Shown in pieces: positions 33,932-44,450 of a stretch of DNA of 64,000 nt. Position 1 is the stretch's first letter. Every line of letters starts with the position of its first letter. The DNA lies in NCBI GenBank assembly GCA_963663545.1, contig OY760505.1, forward strand, positions 672,001-736,000. The letters run 5' to 3'. The translations under genes and the position numbers were made by a program. A model generated the notes under the pieces. That model did not search any database. It worked only from the letters and a program-made list of their open reading frames with translations, and was not told the DNA's origin. The DNA is from Candidatus Delongbacteria bacterium (GTDB taxonomy: Bacteria > CAIWAD01).

Positions 33932-34447
33932 TTATTCGTCAGTCTTCGTGTTTTTTTTCAAAGCAGCCAAGGCTGCAAACGGCGAAGGCGGCGCCTGTTC
34001 ATGGCAGTCGCAGCTTTCGCGATTCAGGTCGCAACCGCACTGCGGACAAAGTCCGCGGCAATTCTCGGAACATAGGAAAGGCTCGGTCGAGGCAATCACA
34101 ATCAGATCCCGTAAGTCCTGGCTAATATCCAGTTCTTCTTGTTCGGGCTCAAGCAGGTGCAAGTCCTCGTCGATCATACCTTCCGGCAAGCCTTCTGACT
34201 GGAAGGCCCAGACCTGATCGCGCAATTCCAGTCGCTGCTCTACATCAGCACAGCAGCGGTCGCAGGTTCGAGTCAGGGTACAAGCCAGTCGCATAATGAG
34301 CAGCCATCCATCGGGCTGCTCCTGGAGGCTCACCTGTACATCGAGTTCTTCCCCCAAGGGCAGGTGCGCCAGATCCAGATCCGCGGGCGCCAGGCGGGCT
34401 TGAAAGTCCCGGCGGCCACGGCGAGCTTCAATGAGCGAGAGTATCAT
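33932..34447 (-). CDS. DUF177/YceD family protein
   Basis: CDRC and CSENCRGLCPQCGCDLN; upstream of rpmF. Start uncertain. Confidence 0.9.
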   Translation of the reverse strand: MILSLIEARRGRRDFQARLAPADLDLAHLPLGEELDVQVSLQEQPDGWLLIMRLACTLTRTCDRCCADVEQRLELRDQVWAFQSEGLPEGMIDEDLHLLEPEQEELDISQDLRDLIVIASTEPFLCSENCRGLCPQCGCDLNRESCDCHEQAPPSPFAALAALKKNTKTDE

Positions 34448-34817
34448 AAGGCGGACAATATACCCCCGCGCCATGTCTGTTTCAAGTGAGGCAAGTAAGC
34501 CAAGGTCAGAAGGATGTGAGAACTTAGGATCTCGTACCCCCGTGAATGTTGATAGTATCAAGCTGGTGTTTTTCTTCTAACGAATGTGTCGGCGGTCACC
34601 GACAATAGAATGTAAATTCATAATTTCTGCTTTGTGATGACAGTGTAATGAGAATTGCTAACACGAGGTTGACATCTTGCGCTTGGCTTGATCAAGCGCC
34701 TAAGGGTTTCTAAATTAAAATGTTTAGAAACTGCTGTCAGCCGTTCTCCAGTCTGCGTGACGGGAAGACGTATACGGGGGGAGCTGTGAGGCCGTGCTCA
34801 CTGACCAGGAGGAATCA

Positions 34818-37800
34818 ATGAAGCGTCTGCCGCTACTTAGTCTGTTTATCTGCCTGTTCTGCGTCTTCGGTGGTCTAGCGCATGCGCAGGATCTCCGGGA
34901 TGAAGGTGGAGAGCGTTCCACCTACTCGTTGGACAGTCTGTATTTCTACGGATCAAGCGGATACTCCGACCAGACGATTTCTGCAGGTGAAACTGTTCAC
35001 GTCGTAGCCTATATCGACGCAACTGGTTCGTGGAATACCACGGCGCCCATCGACCAGATTTACCTTTTCGGCTACACGGCCACTCCGCCGACCGAAGGGA
35101 CTTTTACCGACTTCTACGAAATCACCTCGTGGGCCAATGTCGCCATTGACGGACAGAAGTTGGAATTCACCTTCAGTGCGCCCTCCAGCTGGGAAACCGA
35201 CAACCAGACCTTCACGCTGTACCTCGACGGCAAGGCCACGCTGTTCCATCAGGCTGAGATTACTGAGACCTATATTTCAGTGGGTGGTGGAACGGCCATG
35301 ACGGATATCGACGATCGCGGCTTCCTGTACGGCCTTGTTGAAATCGACGAAACCGAACCCGAGATGATCGAGGGCGCCTGCTATGCGACTACCCTAAACA
35401 CCGTGCTGCTCATCTTCGACGAAAGCGTAGACTTTGACACCTTGCATTGTCCCGCTGCGAACTTTGCGCTTAGCGGTGGCGGTATTGTCGGCTCGATTGT
35501 CGGTGATACCCTCACAGGCGGCGATGACACATGGATGCTGGTGCTAGCAGACAATCTCCCCAACCGTGGCTGGATGGGCACCATCACCTACACCCAGTCT
35601 GGGGGTGACGATGTCTTGGAAGACCCCTCTGGCAACCAGGTTGCTACTCACAGCATCGACACGGATTACGAGAGCATTGTACCGGCAACACCGGTGCTGA
35701 CTTCCCCGACCGCTACCACGGACCTTTCCGGTGTTTCGATGAACTGGACGGGTACGGCGGAAAGTGACTCTGACGATCCCTCGATGAATCGTGTCATCCT
35801 GCAGGGTTCCCTGACCTCATCCACATCTGGCTTCAGCGACCTGGATACCGATTCCGACGCTTCCGACTCGAGTTATGGCGACAACTGGGTCATCAGCTCC
35901 CATTACCGCTACTATCGTTTGAAGGCTGTGGATGACAACGGAAAAGTATCCTACTCTTCGAGCGCCTCAAGCGTCGACTTCCTGGCCGCCCATCGTCTGG
36001 CCCTCAGCGGAACGGTGAATCAAAGTCCCGACACCTACGAAGACCAGATTACCTTGGATGTCACCGACTCCTACGGCACCAGTGTTAACGCCACGGTCAC
36101 CGTGTCTCTTTCCAAGACGGCGGGTAGCGGCACCGTCACATTCCGTGAGACACCGGGTGGCTCCAACACTACCGTGCTGGATATCATTGACGACAACCAG
36201 GCAACCTTCTACATGGCAGCCGACGAGCCCGATACCTACACCATCAAAGCCAATACAGCCAGTCTGGTGTACGATGAGCTTTCTTGCACCGTCGCCGATA
36301 CAAGCACGCCCACCATGGTCCAGGCCAGTTGCTATGCCACCAGCCTGACCACGCTCGATCTGGTCTTTAGTGAGACCGTAACCGAATCCGGCGGCGACTG
36401 CGGTTCCAATTTCAGTGCAGGTGGTGTTACAGGCAGCAGCTTGACGGGATCGGGCACTGAATGGACGCTGACGCTCTCAGGAAATCTTCCCAGCCGTGGC
36501 TGGACGGGCAATGTGGTGTACGATCGTGACGCCAGTGCGGCCCGAGTAATCGACGCCTCTTCAAACGAGATTGCCGACGAGCATACGATAACGACCCAAA
36601 GTGAGCAGATTGCCCCAGCTACTCCATCCATAACCGCACCGACCCTTACAACTGATCTTTCCGGCGGAACCGTTTCCTGGACGGGTACCGCCGATGCGGG
36701 CGCAACGGACCCAAGTCTGATCGCACTTCGCCTGCAGGGCTCGGCTGACGATACGAACTGGACCACCGTTGACAGTGATACTGACCTTGCAGACGGCACT
36801 TATTCAGGTAGCTATTCTCCTGGCACCGAATACGCCTACTACCGCGTTCTCGCCGAGGACGACGGCAGCAACACGGCTGCTAGTTCTTCCGTTGGTTCCT
36901 TCCTTTCCGCTCAACGCATCGAGCTGGCGGGAACGGTGGACCAGCAGCCCAACACCTACGAAGATGCGATTACGCTTACCGTGCGCGATGCCTATGGCAA
37001 TGCGCGCAATACGACGTCTACTATCAGTCTGTCCAAAGTCAGCGGTAGTGGCACGGTCACCTTCCGCGCAACGCCTGAAGGCAGCAATATCACCACCATT
37101 GATCTAGTAGGTGAGAGCGGATCGACCTTCTACATGGCAGCCGATGCCGTAGATGGCTACACGATTCGTGCCAACAGTGCAGCCCTCATTCAAGATGATC
37201 TGGCTTGCACCATTGCCTCGGGCGCTGCTGCAGGTATTCTTGTCAAGTTGCCCGGTCAGACATTCACCAGCGGTGTCGGCCTTAGTGGATCACCGACACT
37301 GCGTACTGCGGGTTCGAGTTTCAACGTGATGCTCTACATCGTCGATGAAAGTTTCTATCCTGTCACCGACGAGGACGATGCCCGTGACATTGATTTCACT
37401 TGCGGTGCTAGCAACAGTCCTGACGGCGATCAGCCGACCATCAACGGTCAGGTTGCCGCCTCCTGGAATAACATCAGCGTCAGTTTCACCGACGGTATCA
37501 GCGGCAACATTCCTGTCATCCTCTACTCAACGGAAGAGGACCTGACGATTACCGCTGACGATGACACTCCCGGCGATGAACTGAATGGTACCGAAAGCGC
37601 CACTTTCGATGTTGGCGCGAGCACCTCCGACCACCTTGTCTTCAGTCTGGATGGAAACTCGCTGGAGAGCGGCGCTACCTGGACCGGTACCAATACGGTC
37701 ACGGTCAAGGACCGCTACGGCAATGTTAAGACAAACTTCAACGCCGCAGTAACCAATATTACGCTCACGGCTACTCCTCAGGGTGTGGGCGTGGTCAGTA

Positions 37801-39437
37801 GCCTGTTGGTCGGTTCGCGCGGCGATGCGGTTCTGGATCTAGCGGGTGATTTCACCAGCGGTGTGTGCAATCTAACCACTCTTGGAGTTGTGCTCACGGC
37901 AACCGCTGACACGTACACAATCGACGGCACTAGTACGCTACCCGAGGTGGATTCGAACACGACCGATGACAAGTTGATTGCGGTCAACGCACCTACCATC
38001 AGCAACGCCAGCCCCGCATGGCGTACGCACCTGGATGCCAGCGCGTCCAGTCCTGGCTACCTGCTTAGTGCCAGCGTAGACGAGAACGGTGAGACCCTGG
38101 CCGTTTACTACGCCTTCGACAACGACACCACCAAGTTCTCCGGCTACGACTACGAGAACAGCAGCAGTGTGACGACCTCGGGGGGCAGCATTCAGCTCTT
38201 CCTGAGCGGAGCCACAATGCACTCAATCGGTGACGGCTACGATTACATGTTCTTCTGGATCGGTGGAACAGATGCCGAAGGCAACTCGCCGGACGGCTAC
38301 CCTGTCGCCGCTTCGCGCATGGTCTATCTGATCAATCCGACCTTGGATATCTGCGCAACGGATGTATGCACCGGTCTGCATCCTTCCACTACCTATAATG
38401 AGTTGCTGAGCATCCAACTGGATGCCGAGATGGCCGGTGCGGTGAACACCATCACCCGCATGGACTTCACCAAGACCTCGACGTCAAACGCCACTGCAAC
38501 TCACGTTTCTGGATTCCGCCTGTGGAATGATGTGAACGGCAACGGCTTGTACGATGCTGGCACAGATACCCAGATCGGTTCGACGGTCAACGGCACTGTG
38601 AATCCTAGCTTCACCGGCCTCAGCTTCGCGACGACCTATCCCACCACCAAGTACCTGTTGCTTACGGTGGATGTGACAGCGGCGGCTTCTCCAAACCAAA
38701 CACTGGGTATGCAGCTTACCGACGAAAACGATGTCGTTCTGCAGCAAAGCGCGGATGACCTGAACCCCTGTGCTGCCTGGCCCTTGCCCGCCGCCAACGG
38801 CGATCACACCTTGCCTGTGGAAATCAGCTCCTTTGAGGGCAGTGCGGATTACGGTGCAAACACGCTTAACTGGCGAACCGAGAGCGAGATCAACAGCCAC
38901 GGCTTCCGCATTTATCGCGCCGAAACCAGTAACAATGAAGTGGTACCGGCTACGAGCTCCTTCTATCCTGTTACGGATTGGAACGAGGACGCCAACCTGC
39001 TGGGCCACGAATACAGTAACGAAATTCACGACTACACCTGGGTTGACGAGCACATCCAAGCGGGTACGTGGTACGTCTACCGTCTTGAAGCCGTTGATCT
39101 GGACGGAACCAGCGAAATGCATGACGAGCTCGTCTGGATCGAATCCATGACTCCGCCAACTGCGCTGAGTCTGGAGGCAAACTATCCGAACCCCTTTAAC
39201 CCGACGACGACCATCAGCTTCGTGCTTCCGGAAAGTGGCCAGGTGAAACTGTCGGTCTACAACATCCAGGGTCAACTGGTTCGTACTTTGGTCAATGGCC
39301 AGATGAGCTGGGGTCGTCACAACGTCGTCTGGGACAGCCGCAATCAGCATGGCATCGAAATGGCCAGCGGTTCTTACATCTACTTGCTCGATACTCCCAG
39401 CGGCCGCCAGGTGCGCCGCATGTTGCTGATTCGCTAA
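34818..39437 (+). CDS. Large secreted Thr/Ser/Asp-rich Ig-like surface protein with C-terminal FlgD-Ig/T9SS-type domain
   Basis: AGGAGG RBS; signal peptide; beta-rich repeats; WNDVNGNGLYD; TLPVEISSF...WRTESEINSHGF; NYPNPFNPTTTISF...RRMLLIR. Confidence 0.9.
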   Translation: MKRLPLLSLFICLFCVFGGLAHAQDLRDEGGERSTYSLDSLYFYGSSGYSDQTISAGETVHVVAYIDATGSWNTTAPIDQIYLFGYTATPPTEGTFTDFYEITSWANVAIDGQKLEFTFSAPSSWETDNQTFTLYLDGKATLFHQAEITETYISVGGGTAMTDIDDRGFLYGLVEIDETEPEMIEGACYATTLNTVLLIFDESVDFDTLHCPAANFALSGGGIVGSIVGDTLTGGDDTWMLVLADNLPNRGWMGTITYTQSGGDDVLEDPSGNQVATHSIDTDYESIVPATPVLTSPTATTDLSGVSMNWTGTAESDSDDPSMNRVILQGSLTSSTSGFSDLDTDSDASDSSYGDNWVISSHYRYYRLKAVDDNGKVSYSSSASSVDFLAAHRLALSGTVNQSPDTYEDQITLDVTDSYGTSVNATVTVSLSKTAGSGTVTFRETPGGSNTTVLDIIDDNQATFYMAADEPDTYTIKANTASLVYDELSCTVADTSTPTMVQASCYATSLTTLDLVFSETVTESGGDCGSNFSAGGVTGSSLTGSGTEWTLTLSGNLPSRGWTGNVVYDRDASAARVIDASSNEIADEHTITTQSEQIAPATPSITAPTLTTDLSGGTVSWTGTADAGATDPSLIALRLQGSADDTNWTTVDSDTDLADGTYSGSYSPGTEYAYYRVLAEDDGSNTAASSSVGSFLSAQRIELAGTVDQQPNTYEDAITLTVRDAYGNARNTTSTISLSKVSGSGTVTFRATPEGSNITTIDLVGESGSTFYMAADAVDGYTIRANSAALIQDDLACTIASGAAAGILVKLPGQTFTSGVGLSGSPTLRTAGSSFNVMLYIVDESFYPVTDEDDARDIDFTCGASNSPDGDQPTINGQVAASWNNISVSFTDGISGNIPVILYSTEEDLTITADDDTPGDELNGTESATFDVGASTSDHLVFSLDGNSLESGATWTGTNTVTVKDRYGNVKTNFNAAVTNITLTATPQGVGVVSSLLVGSRGDAVLDLAGDFTSGVCNLTTLGVVLTATADTYTIDGTSTLPEVDSNTTDDKLIAVNAPTISNASPAWRTHLDASASSPGYLLSASVDENGETLAVYYAFDNDTTKFSGYDYENSSSVTTSGGSIQLFLSGATMHSIGDGYDYMFFWIGGTDAEGNSPDGYPVAASRMVYLINPTLDICATDVCTGLHPSTTYNELLSIQLDAEMAGAVNTITRMDFTKTSTSNATATHVSGFRLWNDVNGNGLYDAGTDTQIGSTVNGTVNPSFTGLSFATTYPTTKYLLLTVDVTAAASPNQTLGMQLTDENDVVLQQSADDLNPCAAWPLPAANGDHTLPVEISSFEGSADYGANTLNWRTESEINSHGFRIYRAETSNNEVVPATSSFYPVTDWNEDANLLGHEYSNEIHDYTWVDEHIQAGTWYVYRLEAVDLDGTSEMHDELVWIESMTPPTALSLEANYPNPFNPTTTISFVLPESGQVKLSVYNIQGQLVRTLVNGQMSWGRHNVVWDSRNQHGIEMASGSYIYLLDTPSGRQVRRMLLIR
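35346..37217 (+). repeat. Two tandem ~310-aa intragenic repeat units (35346-36296, 36297-37217)
   Basis: Paired motifs CYAT, NLPxRGW, TTDLSG, LQGS, YYR, TYED, GSGTVTFR, FYMAAD. Confidence 0.9.
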
Positions 39438-39463
39438 GCTTTCTCTCCCCCCTTCAATAATGC

Positions 39464-39498
39464 CAAGCCGGAGCCCGTCGAAAGACGGGCTTCTGCTT
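39464..39498 (+). terminator. Intrinsic terminator
   Basis: AAGCCGGAGCCCGTC-GAAA-GACGGGCTTCTGCTT hairpin after the stop at 39437. Confidence 0.75.
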
Positions 39499-39614
39499 AT
39501 ATAGGAGTACTCAGAAGTTCTGTCCAACCTCTTTGCCTGGATCTATCGTAAATGCTGATATTGCAATCATTTGATTGGCAATTCGTTGGACAGAACATTC
39601 AAGTACTCCTATAT
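39499..39614. repeat. 116-bp element bounded by 30-bp imperfect inverted repeats (MITE-like)
   Basis: ATATAGGAGTACTCAGAAGTTCTGTCCAAC (39499-39528) versus GTTGGACAGAACATTCAAGTACTCCTATAT (39585-39614): 26/30 complementary. Confidence 0.8.
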
Positions 39615-39841
39615 GCGTCTTCGCTGTGCGTCACATCGCCCTCCTCCTTTATAGAGTGAGCGCGAAAAGCGCTGTATGAAGGCGCGCCGGACACCCGTGG
39701 AATCGTTCAATCGATTTCAGAGCACACTCTTGCAGCACGCCTCAGCGCTAGAACGAGTCGGACTTCGCTCTTGGAGATGATGCGGCTGGCCAGGGGTTGA
39801 AGTGATGATGAAAGTTTGTCCACATCCGTTGGATGAGGGAG

Positions 39842-41137
39842 TCAGGATTCGGTGGGGATCTCACCCGCTCCGGCCAAAGCCATCTTGAACAGCACCGGGC
39901 CTAGCACCTGGTTGACAACAACGGCAGCTACAACCACTTCGCGAATGCCGTCACCCACGCCTGGAATCTCAGCAGCCACAAGGGCAGCAAAGCCCAGACT
40001 GACTCCCGCCTGCCCAAGAAAGCTCATCCAGACGCGGTTGCGCACCGGATGCGGCAGCCGCAATAGCCAGGCAGCGCTGCTGACGCTGGCGAACTTGGCC
40101 AGCAAGCGCGCCAACACAAACAGCAAGGCCAAAGGCCACAATGAAAGCAGCAGACGCAGGTCCAGCGCGGCACCTGCCAGGCCGAAGAAGACCAGAAAGA
40201 TCGGTTGACTGACTAGCTCCAGTTGACCAAGAAAGTGCTCGCCGTGAGACGATGTGTTGCGCACAACAAAGCCAGCGGCAACGGCAAGGATGAGTCCGTC
40301 CAAATGCATGTCGGCGGAGACGCGCACCAGGAAGAGTCCCAGCGCAAGCAGCAGCAGGGCCAGGCCGCGCTTGCGCGCCTTCTCGCCACTATGTAAGAAC
40401 AGCCTCAACAAAAAGCCTACGCCTGTCCCAAGCAGAATGCTGAGGCCGAGAATGAAGCACTCGTGCAGTATTCCACCTGCCTCATGCCCTGCGCCCAGAA
40501 CAGCCCCAGACTGGCTCAGCACCAGGGTAAAGGCGATGATGACCACCACATCCATCAGCACAGTTGTCCCAAGAGCCAGGTCGCGCAGCGGACCGCGGGC
40601 ACGTGTTTCCACAATGACGGCTACTGTCGTGGCAGGCGATACAGCTACGGAAATGATAGCCAGAATTGCGCAAGCGGCAAGCTTGGCCTGCCAGGAAAGC
40701 ACTGCGAGAAATTCCAACTGCCCGCTGGCCAGTAGAAAGACACCGAGCACCAGAAGCCAGCCAGGAACAAGCTGCGCCCCACCAAGGGAGAGAATGCGTC
40801 TCAGTTGCGGTCGCACACTGCGCCAGTCGAGCTCCCCGCCCGCCGTCAGTGCGATATAGAATAGCGCCACTTGGTCAATCGTCTTCAAGTAGTGAACAAT
40901 GCGCTGATCCAACACCGCCAGCAGATCGGGTCCGCAGAGTACGCCCGCCAGCAAGTAGCCGGTGATCCGCGGCAGGTGAACACGTTGCGCGGCCTCGCCC
41001 GCCAAATAGCCTGAAAGAATCAGGAAGCCAAAAGCCATGGACGCATGAAAGCCCAGCGCTTCGGCCTCTGCCAATCCTAGACCGCCCAGGATTTTCATCA
41101 AACCCAGCAACAGCAGGAGGAAGATCCAGCGTATCAT
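39842..41137 (-). CDS. Cation:proton antiporter (CPA) family protein
   Basis: LPRITGYLLAGVLCGP, SPATT, FFGLAGAAL, GQAGVSLG; multiple TM helices. Confidence 0.9.
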   Translation of the reverse strand: MIRWIFLLLLLGLMKILGGLGLAEAEALGFHASMAFGFLILSGYLAGEAAQRVHLPRITGYLLAGVLCGPDLLAVLDQRIVHYLKTIDQVALFYIALTAGGELDWRSVRPQLRRILSLGGAQLVPGWLLVLGVFLLASGQLEFLAVLSWQAKLAACAILAIISVAVSPATTVAVIVETRARGPLRDLALGTTVLMDVVVIIAFTLVLSQSGAVLGAGHEAGGILHECFILGLSILLGTGVGFLLRLFLHSGEKARKRGLALLLLALGLFLVRVSADMHLDGLILAVAAGFVVRNTSSHGEHFLGQLELVSQPIFLVFFGLAGAALDLRLLLSLWPLALLFVLARLLAKFASVSSAAWLLRLPHPVRNRVWMSFLGQAGVSLGFAALVAAEIPGVGDGIREVVVAAVVVNQVLGPVLFKMALAGAGEIPTES

Positions 41138-42342
41138 TCTCCGCCTCCCTTCCCTAGTCCACGGACCAGGAGCGTAGCCAGTAGCGCCATCAACAGCACC
41201 GCTGGAGCCGCCACAGCCAGCAGCCAGTCACCACTGGCCGCGCGCTGCAATTGCTGCTGTGAAAGCGCAATAGCAAGCGGAACACCCCCCATGGGCAGAA
41301 GCACGAAGCGCAAGCGTCGCCGGTCTCTCTGCGAAAGCGTGCCTGTCCACTCCGGGAGACTTCGCACGCGCACCGTCCATTGCCAACCGGCCACTTTGGC
41401 GATGGTACGCAGTACAACCAGCACAAGCAGCAGCCAGCAACCCGCTCCCCGTACCGGATGCCACAACAGACCGCCCATCAGAATCAGCGCCAACATGATG
41501 GGCCACTCACTCTTGATCATGAACTCGTAGAGTTGATTGGCGCGCCGACTTTGGTTGGTCAGCCAGAGCCCCATCAACAACCCCATCACAAGCGGAGAGA
41601 ACTTGATGATGGCCGCACAGCCACCGGCGAAGGTCAGCAAGCCGATCAGGAGCAAAATGAGCTGGCTGTCTCGCAAAGCGCGTTCTAAGAAATAATGAAA
41701 GACCCAGGCCAGCGCCAGCGACACCAAGGGTGGGATGAGCAGTGTCAAGGGTAGCGGCAGTCCGGAAGCCAGTTCCTTGTGCGGCAGCAGCAGAATGGAT
41801 ACCAGCCCTAGCAGAAACAGCGCGTACATGCCGTCCAGATTGCTGTAAAGGATGGCGGTGCGTGCCCGCTGCCCTCGCGCCAAGCCCGCGCCCGATAATG
41901 CAAGCGTGATCATCGTAGCCGAAGAACTTCCCGCCAGACAGCCCAGCAGGAGGGCCAGCGCCAAAGGATCAGGCGCATGCAGCCATAGCAATAGTGGCCA
42001 GCTGCCTAGTGTAACAAGTGCCACCGTGCCGCTGAACTGCAGCAGGCTGGCGCGCCAGTCGCTTGCGGGAATACGCTTCAAATCGCGCAGTCGCAGCTGC
42101 AGCCCCATGACCAAACCTACCCAGGTAATGACCAAGTTCAGCAGCGGGTCGAGCAATCCCAGGCTGGCCGTGCCGATGAAGCCCAGCACGGTTGGGCCCA
42201 GAAGTACGCCAACCGGCATGAAGACCATACCCGATCCGATGAGCACTCGCACCCACAGCGGCCATGCGTCCGCATTGCGGTTGATCCTGGCCAGGAGCGG
42301 AATGAGGATGATAATCAGCAGTAGCGCGTACACCGAATGCAC
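41134..42342 (-). CDS. Cation:proton antiporter-like membrane protein
   Basis: GVLLGPTVLG, WVGLVMGLQL, SPLVMGL; multiple TM helices; stop overlaps the next start. Confidence 0.8.
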   Translation of the reverse strand: MHSVYALLLIIILIPLLARINRNADAWPLWVRVLIGSGMVFMPVGVLLGPTVLGFIGTASLGLLDPLLNLVITWVGLVMGLQLRLRDLKRIPASDWRASLLQFSGTVALVTLGSWPLLLWLHAPDPLALALLLGCLAGSSSATMITLALSGAGLARGQRARTAILYSNLDGMYALFLLGLVSILLLPHKELASGLPLPLTLLIPPLVSLALAWVFHYFLERALRDSQLILLLIGLLTFAGGCAAIIKFSPLVMGLLMGLWLTNQSRRANQLYEFMIKSEWPIMLALILMGGLLWHPVRGAGCWLLLVLVVLRTIAKVAGWQWTVRVRSLPEWTGTLSQRDRRRLRFVLLPMGGVPLAIALSQQQLQRAASGDWLLAVAAPAVLLMALLATLLVRGLGKGGGE

Positions 42343-42396
42343 AGCGAATCCCCCTTTGCGTGTTACAAGGTAGGAAGAGGCGGGCAGGCCGGAAAC

Positions 42397-42427
42397 AAAA
42401 AGCCCCCGACCTTGCGGAAGGGGGCTT
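42397..42427 (-). terminator. Intrinsic terminator
   Basis: AAGCCCCC...GGGGGCTT stem with T-tract on the minus strand. Confidence 0.7.
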
Positions 42428-42447
42428 GTATGCGACGAAGTGATCGC

Positions 42448-44172
42448 TTAGCGAGCCAGCAGCATCTTGCCACTGAGGCTGCGACCTTCGCTCTGCAGCG
42501 TGTAGAAATACATGCCGGAGCTAAGGTTGGCAGCGTCAAAGACAAGCTGATGCTCACCAGCTTCCATCACACCGTTCAGCAGAGTGGCAACTTCGCGACC
42601 GGTCAGGTCATAGACCTTCAGGCTGGTGGCGGAAGTCACATCCAGCTCAAAACGAATGACGGTGCTGGGATTGAAGGGATTGGGATAGTTGCCCATCAGC
42701 TGGAAACTGCCTGCAAGCGGAGTCGCCTCAGCCGTCTGGCAAGCAATCGACTCCACTTCGCTTCCATCACGGGGAAGAATCTTTGCATCGCCATAGGAGA
42801 AGTAACCCAGACCTTCAATATTGAAGCAGTCACCGACACTTTGAATTCCATAGGTAAAGAAATCGTCGTCAACCATGATGGAGCTGATGCCATCGGTGAC
42901 TTCCCACATGCCATAACCCGCATCTGCATTGGCGCACTGAACGTCCTCGATACGGATTAGCACAGATTCCCAAGCATAACCAATCGCCTCGCTAACGCTG
43001 ACAAGGATCACATCCGGTGTGAAGGGCGCGGGCTCAGTCATGAGCTCCCACGTCGGATTGGTCAACTCAGTTGTGTAACAGCCAGAGTTTGCCCACTCGT
43101 ACACCGTTCCGCTGACATGGATGAAATCACCAATGCTCAGTCCTGAGTTGTCCGCGCCAAACACCTGAATTCCAGACCAGGCTGCGTTGGCTTCCTGAAT
43201 GAAAATTGTGTTGTACTTGAGCGCAGTTACCACACCCTGAGTAGTCACGACCTGGCCTTCAAGCGGACTGCGACCGTCCAGATCTTCCGTATACTGGATA
43301 TCAAAAATACTTGTCAGACACTCCACTGTGTACTCACCCGTGTACTGCACTAGCTCGTCACCATCGTCCGCAGCCTGGATGATATAGACAACGTTCGCAC
43401 AAGCGACCTGCCCGTCGATGGGGGCCTCGGGAGTCCAGATGCCATCACCATCTGCATCCGAGAAGTCGATTTCACCATCCTCGCCTGTATTGCTAAACCA
43501 GGTCATAGTCACCCAAGCCACTACGCCGTCAGCATCGGTGACAGTCGGATAGACATAAACATCCTCGCCAACGCCGGGCATGGCGGGATTAAGGGTTACA
43601 TCGCTGATATAGGGGGGCAGATTGGCGATTGCGAAATTCTGAGCACCAGGTGTACCGTAGTCGCCATCACCATAAGTAGCCTCGTCATACTCACGCCAGT
43701 TCGAACCAACATTGTTGTCCAAAGAAGGATCAGCGAGCGCCATGCTCTTGCCTGCGGGATCAGGGAAGGTGGCACCATTATCCCAGTTGACACGGTCAAT
43801 CTCGGTTGTACCGTCAAGGATGACGATCTCATCATCGCTGTTTCCAAGCGACATGCCGTTGTAGTCGTAATCGGCGGTTAGGCCACCGTTTACCAGAGGA
43901 TCACCGTTCAGGGCAAGCACGGCGTAAGCACCAGGGGCCACAAACACATCCACATCCACGATGAAGTCATCAGAACCGTCATCGGCAAAGGTCAGACCGT
44001 TCAGGTTGATTTCGACCGCGCTTGCGTTGTAGATCTCGAACCACTCGCCAGTGCCGTCGGAAACCATGTTGGGGTTCTGCATGATCTCGGTGATAACCAG
44101 ATCACCAGCACTCAGGGCAAAGACCGGTCCTGCTAGGGCAATCATGGTACCATACAGAAGAGCTTTTTTCAT
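42448..44172 (-). CDS. Secreted lamin-tail-domain + OB-fold protein with C-terminal FlgD-Ig/T9SS-type domain
   Basis: LVITEIMQNP...GEWFEIYN...GTPG (LTD); IFDIQY...SPLEGQVVTTQGVVTA (OB-like); NYPNPFNPST...KMLLAR. Confidence 0.88.
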   Translation of the reverse strand: MKKALLYGTMIALAGPVFALSAGDLVITEIMQNPNMVSDGTGEWFEIYNASAVEINLNGLTFADDGSDDFIVDVDVFVAPGAYAVLALNGDPLVNGGLTADYDYNGMSLGNSDDEIVILDGTTEIDRVNWDNGATFPDPAGKSMALADPSLDNNVGSNWREYDEATYGDGDYGTPGAQNFAIANLPPYISDVTLNPAMPGVGEDVYVYPTVTDADGVVAWVTMTWFSNTGEDGEIDFSDADGDGIWTPEAPIDGQVACANVVYIIQAADDGDELVQYTGEYTVECLTSIFDIQYTEDLDGRSPLEGQVVTTQGVVTALKYNTIFIQEANAAWSGIQVFGADNSGLSIGDFIHVSGTVYEWANSGCYTTELTNPTWELMTEPAPFTPDVILVSVSEAIGYAWESVLIRIEDVQCANADAGYGMWEVTDGISSIMVDDDFFTYGIQSVGDCFNIEGLGYFSYGDAKILPRDGSEVESIACQTAEATPLAGSFQLMGNYPNPFNPSTVIRFELDVTSATSLKVYDLTGREVATLLNGVMEAGEHQLVFDAANLSSGMYFYTLQSEGRSLSGKMLLAR

Positions 44173-44450
44173 CCTTCTTCTCCTTGCTTGGAGTTATTGG
44201 TTTTAGGGTGTATCAAAGCTGGACCCCGGCAGACCGAGATCGCGATCATTTGGCTGAAATCTGGATGCGCAGGAACGCGCAGGTACATTGGGCACAGGCC
44301 AAGAGATAGCGCTTTCTGCTCTATTTCTCAAGGTAAATCAAAGCTACGGTCAACAGGTTAGAGCTTTGTGAGGCGGTAGATGTCCATGATTTTAATTACG
44401 ACCATTTTGGTCCTATTGATAATGCACCTCTGGAGTCTTAGCTTTGGCGC

